From an uncultured Solirubrobacteraceae bacterium (lineage in GTDB: Bacteria; Actinomycetota; Thermoleophilia; Solirubrobacterales; Solirubrobacteraceae), in NCBI GenBank assembly GCA_964588985.1, contig CAZPQW010000007.1:108319-132776 (forward strand): DNA of 24,458 bases, given 5' to 3'. The notes below the pieces were generated by a model. The model was not told the origin of the DNA. It was given only the letters and a program-made list of their open reading frames with translations, and made no database searches. The translations under genes and the position numbers were made by a program. Shown here piece after piece: positions 1 to 8,869 of the stretch; position 1 is the stretch's first letter, and the number at the start of each line of letters is the position of its first letter.

Positions 1-2657
1 ATCGCGAACGTCGCGCCTTCCGTCGGTATCGGCGCTGTGCTGACACCGAGCGGTGTCACGCCGTCGGCGGGATAGCGCCACACGTCCGCCGTATCCATCT
101 GCACCTGCCCCGCTTCGCTGTCCACGATCCCGCCGACCGCCCAGCCGTCGGCCCCCGTCGAGTCGACCATCACAGCCGCCACCGGATCGGGCTGGTACAC
201 CGTGTCGTAGTGCGCGAATTCACCGGGCGGTTCTTCGGTGTTGTCGAGTTCGTGCTCCTCGTCGCTCCAGCCTGTCGAGGTTTGGCGCAACACGCCTTTT
301 TCCTGATTGGATGCGAGCGGATACGGCTGCACGTATGTCGGCGGGAATCCCGGCGGCGGGCTCGGTTCGCTTTCCACGCCGGCCGTGTCGGGCACGCTGC
401 CTGCGGCGACCACGCGCAGCGTCCCGCCTTCGCGGAACGCGGCGATCGTGCCCGGCGAGCCGTTGCCGGGAAACGGCGTGGAGGTTTCCTGCCACGGGGA
501 GCCCGCCGACTGGCGCTCATAGACCCTTCCGCCTTCGCCGGCGCCCGATGCCGTGAACGCCGCCCCGCCGTCGGGTAGGCCGGCGACCGCCCACGGTACG
601 TTCGAACCCATCGCCGTGGCGGCTTCTTCGTCGATGCGCCAGCCAGAGCCGTCGTTGACGATCAGCCCGCCTTCGTAGCGTTCCGTCGACGGGATCAGTT
701 TCCGGTAGGCCACGATCGCCTCCGAGCCCGCGAACGCGATCGAGGTGAAGCTCGCCTGCGCCACTGCCGGCGGCAGGCACGGCTCGACCGGAGTGGCGCC
801 GCAGACCGGTTCCTGCGACCAGGTCTTGCCGTAGCTGAGCAGCACCCCGCCCTGACCGGCGAAGCCGATCGAGCCGACGGCGTATCCGCGCGACGGCTCA
901 TGAGGGTCGAATGCGATGCCGAGCAGGTTCCCGCGAAAGTTCAGAGGCGTCGCGGGATCCGCTTCCCACAACCCGGTTTCACCGCGCCAGAGCCACATCT
1001 GCCCGAGGTCGCCGACGGCGTAGGCGCGCGTCGCGGTCGGCCATGCGACCGCGCGCAGGCGCGGCGTCTCGTGCCTGCCGCCCGGTCCGAGCAGGCTTTC
1101 GGGCGTCCAGCCCTTTTTCGGCTCGAAGCGGGCCACCTCGCCCTGGTCGCCGACCGCGAGCGCTTCGCTGGAGAGCGAGCCTTCGGGCTGACCGGGCGCG
1201 GGCGCGAGCGCGAGCAGGGCGTGCCGGAAGGACGCGGGCCAAGCGGTCAGGCGGCTGGCAACCGGTTTCAGCGTCAGGTGCACCGGGAGCAGTTCCTGGC
1301 CCAGCCAGCCCTCGTGCGAGCTCGAGAACGCCGCTCCGTAGCTGCCCCCGACGTCGCCGCCGGCGCGCGAGGATCCCCCGAGCGCCAGCACACGCGTGAA
1401 CCCGGTCCCATCCAGGCGCAGGCTCACGCCGTCGGGAAAGCCGGTGATGACGCGTTCGCCGAGACCTTCCGGGGTGGAGGGGTTGGCCCACGCGAAGCTC
1501 CGCGCACGCGCGGTTGGGAGCGGTTCGGGGAGTTCGTGCGCGCACGCGGGCGCTCCCGAGGAGACGCTGCACCACGACACGAGGATCCGGCCCGCGAGTT
1601 CGCCTTCGGGCTTGAAGAACATCGTCGTGGACACCTGCACGTCGGGGCGCCTACCGTCGATCCACACGCCTTCGCCGGTCACCGTCAGCACCTGCGACTG
1701 GACGTCGCTTTCGATCGTGAACGGCTCTTCGAAATTGCCTTCGACGGTAAGCGGTTCGCCGGCTTCCCCGCCAGGCTTCGGGATCACCGGCTGCCACGTC
1801 GGGGGTTCTTCGCCAGCGCCCGTCTGGCGACGGAACAGGGCGACCGTCCCTCCGTGGAGCCTTGCGAGCATCCATGCGTTCCGCGGCGAGCTCGCGCCGA
1901 TCGCGAGCACCTGGAACTGGCCTTTGTCGGCCGCCGGTATTTCAATCGGCTCGCTCGTCCAGCCTTTGCCGTCCCAGTGAAGCACGCGGTGTTCGTTGTT
2001 GGCTTCTTCGTTGACCGGCACCACCAGAGCCCCGGCGTGCCCGCCGGATTCGTCGAGCGCGACGACCATCGGCGCGCGATTGACGCCGAGCAGGCGTTCG
2101 CCTTTGCCCAGGGCGGCTTCGCCTTCGGGCGGAAGCGGAGCGGTTTCCTGGAAGGCTCCGCCGGGGTTGCGCACGAGCAGCACCTGCTGTTCGGAGCCTT
2201 CCGATGTCGTCGCGCCCGCGAGCACGCCGCTGCCGTTGGCCGTCATCTGAGCCGCCAGCGGGCTCGGGCTGTTGTATTTCGCGGCTTCCGGCTGGTCGAG
2301 CCGGAAGCCGGTGAGCGGCTGACCGCCCGCGTCGAGCAGGCCGGGCGCCAGCGACCAGCCCGTTTCGGGTGTGTAGCGCACGAGCGCCGGCGCGCCGTCC
2401 TCGCGTCCGAGGCCCCATGTCTCGTCGGTCGCCTCCGCCGGAGAGGACCCGATCATCGTCACCCTGGTCGCCGGGATCGACGCGTCGGTCTGAGGCGTGG
2501 GTTCCCCGGCCGCGCCGGTCTGGCCGGCGGCGCGGAAGCCCCCGTACTGACCCGACAGGCCGACCAGCAGCGCGACCGTCAGCGCGACGGGCGCGACCAC
2601 GCGCATGCCCGATCTACGCCGGCGGCGCCGGCCGGCGATCGCTTTCGGCGAGCTCAT
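1..2657 (-). CDS. Large exported protein with beta-propeller-like (BNR/Ycf48-like) repeats; 3' end lies beyond the left edge (>885 aa)
   Basis: Absent from the ORF track because it has no stop in the window. Manually translated from ATG at 2657 (ATGA overlap with the upstream stop) and open to base 1. N-terminus MSSPKAIAGRRRRRSGMRVVAPVALTVALLVGLSG is signal-like. Repeated blade-like motifs: VLHWDGKGW, EALAVGDQGEV, RAYAVGDLGQMWLW, RGYAVGSIG, DGWAVGG. Ends ...EGATFA(I). Confidence 0.85.
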   Translation of the reverse strand, partial: MSSPKAIAGRRRRRRSGMRVVAPVALTVALLVGLSGQYGGFRAAGQTGAAGEPTPQTDASIPATRVTMIGSSPAEATDETWGLGREDGAPALVRYTPETGWSLAPGLLDAGGQPLTGFRLDQPEAAKYNSPSPLAAQMTANGSGVLAGATTSEGSEQQVLLVRNPGGAFQETAPLPPEGEAALGKGERLLGVNRAPMVVALDESGGHAGALVVPVNEEANNEHRVLHWDGKGWTSEPIEIPAADKGQFQVLAIGASSPRNAWMLARLHGGTVALFRRQTGAGEEPPTWQPVIPKPGGEAGEPLTVEGNFEEPFTIESDVQSQVLTVTGEGVWIDGRRPDVQVSTTMFFKPEGELAGRILVSWCSVSSGAPACAHELPEPLPTARARSFAWANPSTPEGLGERVITGFPDGVSLRLDGTGFTRVLALGGSSRAGGDVGGSYGAAFSSSHEGWLGQELLPVHLTLKPVASRLTAWPASFRHALLALAPAPGQPEGSLSSEALAVGDQGEVARFEPKKGWTPESLLGPGGRHETPRLRAVAWPTATRAYAVGDLGQMWLWRGETGLWEADPATPLNFRGNLLGIAFDPHEPSRGYAVGSIGFAGQGGVLLSYGKTWSQEPVCGATPVEPCLPPAVAQASFTSIAFAGSEAIVAYRKLIPSTERYEGGLIVNDGSGWRIDEEAATAMGSNVPWAVAGLPDGGAAFTASGAGEGGRVYERQSAGSPWQETSTPFPGNGSPGTIAAFREGGTLRVVAAGSVPDTAGVESEPSPPPGFPPTYVQPYPLASNQEKGVLRQTSTGWSDEEHELDNTEEPPGEFAHYDTVYQPDPVAAVMVDSTGADGWAVGGIVDSEAGQVQMDTADVWRYPADGVTPLGVSTAPIPTEGATFA

Positions 2658-4600
2658 CGGAGCACCCCTACCGCCAGCGGGTCGGACTCGAGCAGCGCGC
2701 GGGTGTCGGGGAAGGCCAGGGCAGTCGACACGCTGTTCGTGCTCGATCCCGATTCACGGGTCGAGACGGTCTTCAGCGGCGCCAGCGCATGAGTCTGCAG
2801 GTCCAGCTTCGTAGGCCAGCGATGCGCGTCCAGGCGCAGCTGCAGGCTGTGGTTGCCGGCCTTCAGGGTGCGCATCGAGGTGCTCGCGACGACGCTCTTG
2901 CGACGCTTCGCCAGCAGCCGCACCTTGGCCTTCACGGAGAGATGGAAGCTCAGCTGCAGGGTCGTGCCGTGGATCAACCGCGTGTGAACGTTGGAGAGCA
3001 GCGGGACCGTGACCTTCGCGAACGGTTCGGCTTTGACCGGTTTCAGCGTCCCTCCCTGCGCGGGCTGGGTTTCTTCCAGCCCCGAGTTGTCCACCGGGAT
3101 CGCGTCCGACACCTGCGGAGGGACGCCTTCGTCCGCCGGACGGACCGCGATCGGGGTGGCGCTCGAGAACGCCGGGTCGCTGTCGCGCTGGGGATGATCG
3201 CGTTCTTCTTCGGTGCCGAGATGGAAGAGCCAGCCCTGCGTGGTCGTCATCCAGCAGTCGTGAGCCGCCGGACAGACGACCCGTTCCGCGGCGCCCTTGG
3301 GGCCATAGGAATCCGTGACGGCCGGCATCTGCACCTCGTCGGAGACTGTCCCGTCGGCGGTGACGCGTGCGAGCGTCGCGGCCGCCAGCGGGCTCGGCCC
3401 TTCCGCCGCTTCCTCTTCGGAGCTCAGCGCGACCCACGCGCTGTGGGTCGCCGGCTCGGACGCGATCGAGTCGATCACCTCTTCGGGAAACACGTTTCTG
3501 CCGGCAGGCACGGTTTCGGGACCGATGACCTGCTTCCACGTTGGCGCGCCTTCTTCGGCGTATTCGTGCGCTTCTTCGGAGTACTGGACCTTCGAGTAGC
3601 GCAGGATCGTCGCAGCGGCCGGAGTGGAGCCTTTGGGTGTTTCGCGAGCTGATCCGGCGGCGGCCCAGAGCGCGTCTTCGCTGCCGCTGAGATGCAGGAA
3701 GTCGAGTGCCAGCGGGAACTCGTTGGCGCCCAGGAGGGGTATCCCCAGCACGGCTTCGAGGCTCGGTGAGAACCCTTCGGGGTTGATCAGGTGCAGAGCC
3801 GGTTCTTCTCCCGCGCCTCCCTGTTTGTCGACGATCTGATCGCCGGCTTTCAATCGCACGCTCTCGTACAGGTGGCCTTCGAAGCCACTCATGTCAGCCA
3901 CCGCGTGCCCTTCCGGAAGGTACGGTTCGCGGGCGAGCGTGTGACCGTTCCAGTGCAGCTGGAAGGCGCCGACGTCGGGGGCCGGAAGCACTTCACCAGC
4001 GAACCAGCAGTCAGAGGAGTCGATGCACGCCGCCGAGTCCATCGCCTGATAGGAGGTCGACTGGAACGCGAGCGAGGCGTACGAGTCGACGACTTCCAGG
4101 CCGCCGCCGGGACCGATGGCGAAGCGGCACAGCGTGTTGTCTTCCAGTTCGGGCTGGCGCCCGAGAGATTCGGCGGCCTGCCCCGGACGACCGTCGGAGA
4201 TCGTCCAGAATTCGTCGGGGCCAGCCCACGCGATGCGCCCCCGTCCGACATGCCGTGGGTTCTGCGATCCGCGATCGCTCGCACCGCAGACGGTCGCGAG
4301 CTCGTGCCAGCCTTCGCCGTTGTACGCCCACACTCCGGGAGGGACTGTGCTGCCGTTCCCCGCCGTGATCAACACGCCGCGGTTGGGCGCCCAGAACTCG
4401 ATGTCGCCGATCCGGCCCAGGCCGACAGGCACCTTCGCGCCTTCGACGCCGTTGGGAGGTTCCGGCGGCGCGGGCTGTTCCAAGCGCCATTCGGCGCCTC
4501 CGTCGTCTTGGAGCCCTTCCGCGCCGGCGCTCGCCGGCAGCGCCCCCCCGAGCACCGCCAGCACGAGCGCCGCGAGCAGCCAAATCCGAAGCGCGCTCAT
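2654..4600 (-). CDS. Exported hypothetical protein: acidic, Cys-containing propeller-like body plus basic C-terminal beta domain
   Basis: 648-aa ORF with signal peptide MSALRIWLLAALVLAVLGGALPASA. Motifs VWAYNGEGW, LHWNGHTL, CIDSSDCWFAG, CPAAHDCWM. ATGA overlaps at both ends. Confidence 0.85.
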   Translation of the reverse strand: MSALRIWLLAALVLAVLGGALPASAGAEGLQDDGGAEWRLEQPAPPEPPNGVEGAKVPVGLGRIGDIEFWAPNRGVLITAGNGSTVPPGVWAYNGEGWHELATVCGASDRGSQNPRHVGRGRIAWAGPDEFWTISDGRPGQAAESLGRQPELEDNTLCRFAIGPGGGLEVVDSYASLAFQSTSYQAMDSAACIDSSDCWFAGEVLPAPDVGAFQLHWNGHTLAREPYLPEGHAVADMSGFEGHLYESVRLKAGDQIVDKQGGAGEEPALHLINPEGFSPSLEAVLGIPLLGANEFPLALDFLHLSGSEDALWAAAGSARETPKGSTPAAATILRYSKVQYSEEAHEYAEEGAPTWKQVIGPETVPAGRNVFPEEVIDSIASEPATHSAWVALSSEEEAAEGPSPLAAATLARVTADGTVSDEVQMPAVTDSYGPKGAAERVVCPAAHDCWMTTTQGWLFHLGTEEERDHPQRDSDPAFSSATPIAVRPADEGVPPQVSDAIPVDNSGLEETQPAQGGTLKPVKAEPFAKVTVPLLSNVHTRLIHGTTLQLSFHLSVKAKVRLLAKRRKSVVASTSMRTLKAGNHSLQLRLDAHRWPTKLDLQTHALAPLKTVSTRESGSSTNSVSTALAFPDTRALLESDPLAVGVLR

Positions 4601-6852
4601 CGGCGCCTACGTCCTCGAGCCTTGGATCGAGCGCTCGCATGCGCCCTCGCCTTGCGCACGAACGTCACGACGACGCTCTGACGCAGGACGGGGTGTCCCG
4701 GCGCCGCGAAGGTGACGCCAGCCACGGCCGATAGCCCCCCCGAGCGCGTGGAGAGAGAGCGATAGCTCGGGGCCAGCGTGAGCACGAGCGTCGTGAGGCC
4801 CCCGGCGCCGACGACGTTCAGTGACCTCGTGGCGGCGAGATTGCGCGTGACGACGGTCGCGCCGCCACGCACTGGCCTGGCCTTCCGATGCACGGTCACC
4901 GCGCCGGTCGCGACCGCGCGCAGCGTTCCCGCTCCGGGCACGGTGACGTAGAGGCGGACGCTTCCGTTCGCGAGCGAGACTCCCGTGACGCCGAGGCTCC
5001 ATTCGGGTGTGGGCGAAGGGTTAGCTGGCACGCTCGAGACCGTCTGAGGCGCCGATTCGGCGTCGAACAGGATTCGGTGGACCACGAACGCGTCGCTCCC
5101 GTCGAGCCCCGGGTATCCCAGCGGCGGCGTGTTGCCATCGCCGTACACGAGGTTGGACGCGGTCGACGAGAAGGCGAGAGCTTCGCCATTTGCGGAGAAG
5201 GACGGCGAGAGGGCGCCGTCGTCTTCTTCTTCGTACTGGTCTTCACGTGCGCTCGTCGGATGGGGATGTTCGCTGGCGCCGCCTTCATAGCCGCGGGTCA
5301 CGCGCGTGAGCGTGTCGTTGGCCGTGTCCACGTCGAACAGCTCGAGCAGGCCAGGCACGGATGCCGGCGCACTCACGTACGCGGGGGCGCCCAGCGGGAA
5401 CACCGTGCGCTCGGTCGTGAAAGCCACCTGGCCTCCGTCGGGAGAGATGCCGAGATCGATGATCCGCGCGTTGGTCGCGATCTGCTCTTCGGCGCCGCTC
5501 GCCAGCTCGGTCAGCGGCGTGAGCGCCTGTGCCCGGGACAGGCCCGCGTGCATGTCAGCCACGTAGAGATCGCTGTGACGGGTCGTGCGTTCGACACCGA
5601 AGTCGTTGCCGAGCGATGCCAGCGGTGCGTTAGCGATGAACGCGACCGCGTAGCCGTCCGCGCTCAGACGCGGCGCCGCGTCGCCCAGCCCTCCGGTCCA
5701 CACCCCGAAGGACGTCGTGGTGGCGAACGGCCCCTGGCACGGATCGGTCAGCGACGGCGTTTCGGGGACGACGACCTCCCCGCTTGCGGCACAGGCTGGA
5801 TTCGCGGGATCCGAGCCACCGGCGACACGCAGCGTTGGAGCGTCTTCGCCGTCTGCGATCCGCCGCCACAGCGGTTCGCTGTAGACGGGTTTGAGCGTTT
5901 CGGCGGACAACGTCGGGGCCTGCTCGCCGACGTTCTGGGCCAGCCACGCGACGGTCGAGCCGTCCGCGCTGATCGACGCGGGCACCTCAGCGGTCACGGC
6001 GTATGGCTGCGGCGGGTTGAACGCGAGGCGCTTGCCTCCGCTGTAGACGGCGCCGTACACCTGCCGGGACGCCACGCCTTCGCTTTCAGCCGGCACCGGC
6101 CGTCCCGGTATCGGCGCGCCGCTGTGCGGTTCGCCTTCGACGCTCACCAGCTGCGTCACACCGGTGTCGAGGTGACGCACCACCACCTCGAGCGGCGGCG
6201 TCTGAACGCCGGCGAGGTCGGAGGGAGCGCTCGTCACGAACACGACCTCGCGTCCGTCGGCGCTCAACGCCGAGCGACCGACCGCGAGCGAGCCGTACTC
6301 TTCTTCTTCGTTTTCGCGCGATCCGCCTTTGGAGTATTCGTAGCGCAGGCCGAGCGTCGCTTCGTTCACCGCCGATGCGAGGACGAATGGGCAGGCCTGT
6401 TCCGCTTCTGGGTGCAGCGCCGTTTCTTCGCAGTGCTGCTGCTGGGATTCCGGCAGGTCCATGTCGCGCACGTACACGTCCGGCCCGATGTTCCTGTCGT
6501 TCGACGGCGCCAGGGCCGCGCGCGTGGTGAAGCTCACGTACCGACCGTCTTGGCTGATCGACGGCAGCTCGGCATCTCCTTCCGGTGTTTCGGGTTCGCC
6601 GACCGCCACCGGTTCGACGGCGCCGGTGTGCAGGTCGCGTCGCCACACGCCGGATCGACCGTCGAAGAAACCGTCGAAGGCCACGTAGCGCCCGTCCCCG
6701 GAGATCGCGGGGTCGTGAGCGTAGTTGGCCTGTTCGAGGGCGTCGTTGGACACGAGCGCGATCGGCCCGAACACGTCGGCGCTCGCCGGCGCGCAGAGGG
6801 CCATGAGCAGGACCGCCGTCGCGCACAGCTGCGCTGCCAGGAGACCCCTCAT
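4597..6852 (-). CDS. Exported TolB-like (PD40/WD40-like) beta-propeller protein with basic C-terminal domain
   Basis: Start reassigned from 7575 to ATG 6852 (ATGA overlap with the 6849 stop), giving signal peptide MRGLLAAQLCATAVLLMALCAPASA. Seven repeats: PAISGDGRYVAF, PSISQDGRYVSF, SALSADGREVVF, ASISADGSTVAW, PRLSADGYAVAF, GISPDGGQVAF, PSFSANGEALAF. 751 aa. Confidence 0.88.
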   Translation of the reverse strand: MRGLLAAQLCATAVLLMALCAPASADVFGPIALVSNDALEQANYAHDPAISGDGRYVAFDGFFDGRSGVWRRDLHTGAVEPVAVGEPETPEGDAELPSISQDGRYVSFTTRAALAPSNDRNIGPDVYVRDMDLPESQQQHCEETALHPEAEQACPFVLASAVNEATLGLRYEYSKGGSRENEEEEYGSLAVGRSALSADGREVVFVTSAPSDLAGVQTPPLEVVVRHLDTGVTQLVSVEGEPHSGAPIPGRPVPAESEGVASRQVYGAVYSGGKRLAFNPPQPYAVTAEVPASISADGSTVAWLAQNVGEQAPTLSAETLKPVYSEPLWRRIADGEDAPTLRVAGGSDPANPACAASGEVVVPETPSLTDPCQGPFATTTSFGVWTGGLGDAAPRLSADGYAVAFIANAPLASLGNDFGVERTTRHSDLYVADMHAGLSRAQALTPLTELASGAEEQIATNARIIDLGISPDGGQVAFTTERTVFPLGAPAYVSAPASVPGLLELFDVDTANDTLTRVTRGYEGGASEHPHPTSAREDQYEEEDDGALSPSFSANGEALAFSSTASNLVYGDGNTPPLGYPGLDGSDAFVVHRILFDAESAPQTVSSVPANPSPTPEWSLGVTGVSLANGSVRLYVTVPGAGTLRAVATGAVTVHRKARPVRGGATVVTRNLAATRSLNVVGAGGLTTLVLTLAPSYRSLSTRSGGLSAVAGVTFAAPGHPVLRQSVVVTFVRKARAHASARSKARGRRRR

Positions 6853-8849
6853 CGCACGCCCACCGGCCTGCGCGCCACGCCCCGGTTGCCGATCTTGTCG
6901 CGAGCCACGACCACAACCGTGTACACGCCCGCGTGCGCGTAGCGGTGAACGAACTGAGATCGCCCGTGCGCGCGCGTGCCATCGCCGAAGATGACGCTCA
7001 CCGAGCGCCTTTCGACCCCAGACCCGGCATCGCTCACGCGCACTCTCACGGCGTGGCCGCGGCCGACGCTCGTGACCTTGACCCGCGGTGGCTGGCCGTC
7101 GATGCGCAGCGTGCTGGGCGGCGTGAGCGTCGCCTGCCCGTAGATGTCGACCACGAGCAGCTGCACCTTGTGAATCCCGTCGCCGAGCCCGTGCGGGTTG
7201 ATCGTGAAGTTGGACACGCCCGCCGGCGTCGGCAGGCGCCGACCGTCGAAAACCATCGTGTAGGTCAGCGGCCCGTTGGCGTTGGCCGCCGGGGCCCACG
7301 CGATCTGCGCCTGCGCGGGCTTCTTCCACCCCTTTGGCACGCTGATGACGAACGTCGCCGGCGGCGCTGTCACCTGCGATGCGACGATCGCCGCGTCGCC
7401 GAGCGGCCCCTGCTGGAAGGTCACGAGCCCGTCCCCCAGGCTCGATCGGCCAACCGCGAGCTCGGCGATCGGCCCGCCCGCCCCGCCGCTCACGAGCGCG
7501 GTCTGCACGGCGCCGTTGGGAAAGTCCTCGCGGACCGCGACGGACGGACGCCCATGAGGGTCCGCGCTCGGCCACGCCGAGATGCCCCCGCCTTCGGGAT
7601 TCATGACGCTCGCGGAGGGCAGTTCGCTTGCCGGGGTCAGTTCGGAGCCGACCACTGGCGGCCCCAGTGAGAGCGTCCCCGACAGCCCCAGGTCCGTGCC
7701 CTCGACCACGCGCGGGGTGCCGTTGCTGTCGTACAGCAGGCGCACCGACTGCTTTTCGTCGATGTCGATACTGGGCCGGCCGATCGAGGCCGCCTTGCCC
7801 CCCGCCACCGCGGCGTCGGCGACGCTCGCGCCCTGGAACTCGGTGCCATTGGTCGATTCGCCGTCGGGCAGGATGTTGAGGAAGATCCGCGGCCCCGGCA
7901 GCGGAGAGCTGCTCCCGGCGACCTGCCGATACGCCACCTCGGCCTGCCCGAGACGTGAGAGCGACACGCTCGGCGCGTCGGAGTCTTCGTTGATCGCGCC
8001 GCTGCCGAAGCGCGTCGCGCTCACCGGCATCACGTAGTCGATGCTCGATCCGAACAGACGCCTGGCCCAGATGCGAGCCACGCCGCCGATTTCCGGCTCC
8101 TGCCAGACCACGATCGCGTTACCGGTCGGGCCGATCGCGATCCGTGGCGCGTTCGCCGGCGTGGGCGGGCGCATCGACACGCCCTGGTCGCGATTGATCG
8201 CGCCGAGGTCAGACCACCGTTCGCCGTTGAAGCGCGCGACCCGCACCTGCTCCACGACGTCGCCCGGGCGCAGCAGCGAGACCGAGCTCTGCGGCAGCAC
8301 GACCCGGTAGACGACATCCGCCTGGCCGGTCGAGCTCATCGCGAGATCGGGGCTCGTGCCGGTGCCTTCACGGATGTCGGGATCGACGATCGTCGGCTGG
8401 CCGAAGGTGCTCGAGCCCGGACCCAGCGTCGCGCTGAGCATCTCCTGCACGGGCTTCTCCCGTTCGGTCGCGAACGGCGTCGCCCACACGACCACGAGCT
8501 CCCCTCCGTTGGCCGCGCCGATGCGCGGCCAACTCGCGGCGAAGTGATCTTCCGTGTCCACGCGCACGGGCGCTAGCCAGTGACCCGCGACGTAGCGCGA
8601 GACGAACACGTGCGCGACGCCTTCGACGCGCTTGAGGTAGACGACCCCGCCGGTCCCGTCTTCGGCCATCGCCGCTCCGCCGAAGCCGACGATTTCCTCG
8701 CTGGGACCGTCGATCGTCACCGCGGGGAGGATCACCGCGCGCACCGCGGCGGCGCCGACGACGAGCGTGATCGCAAAGGTCGCCGCCGACACCGCGCCGA
8801 TGCGCGCCAGCCATCCGAGCGAGCGGCGATTCGAGGTCCGTGCATTCAC
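6849..8849 (-). CDS. Exported protein with propeller-like repeats, an Ig-like domain and a C-terminal PKD domain
   Basis: 666 aa, GTG start, signal peptide ending AAAVRA. Repeats such as PRIAIGPTGNAIVVWQ and PDLAMSSTGQADVVYR. PKD signature VIFGDGT...HRYAHAGVYTVVVVARDKIGN at the C-terminus. Confidence 0.85.
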   Translation of the reverse strand: MNARTSNRRSLGWLARIGAVSAATFAITLVVGAAAVRAVILPAVTIDGPSEEIVGFGGAAMAEDGTGGVVYLKRVEGVAHVFVSRYVAGHWLAPVRVDTEDHFAASWPRIGAANGGELVVVWATPFATEREKPVQEMLSATLGPGSSTFGQPTIVDPDIREGTGTSPDLAMSSTGQADVVYRVVLPQSSVSLLRPGDVVEQVRVARFNGERWSDLGAINRDQGVSMRPPTPANAPRIAIGPTGNAIVVWQEPEIGGVARIWARRLFGSSIDYVMPVSATRFGSGAINEDSDAPSVSLSRLGQAEVAYRQVAGSSSPLPGPRIFLNILPDGESTNGTEFQGASVADAAVAGGKAASIGRPSIDIDEKQSVRLLYDSNGTPRVVEGTDLGLSGTLSLGPPVVGSELTPASELPSASVMNPEGGGISAWPSADPHGRPSVAVREDFPNGAVQTALVSGGAGGPIAELAVGRSSLGDGLVTFQQGPLGDAAIVASQVTAPPATFVISVPKGWKKPAQAQIAWAPAANANGPLTYTMVFDGRRLPTPAGVSNFTINPHGLGDGIHKVQLLVVDIYGQATLTPPSTLRIDGQPPRVKVTSVGRGHAVRVRVSDAGSGVERRSVSVIFGDGTRAHGRSQFVHRYAHAGVYTVVVVARDKIGNRGVARRPVGVR

Positions 8850-8869
8850 GTCCGCAGCCCTCGCGGGAC

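Noticed and set aside
6853-7575. N-terminal extension of the 992-aa track ORF
   Set aside because: It overlaps the PKD gene in another frame; ATG 6852 gives an ATGA overlap and a clean signal peptide.
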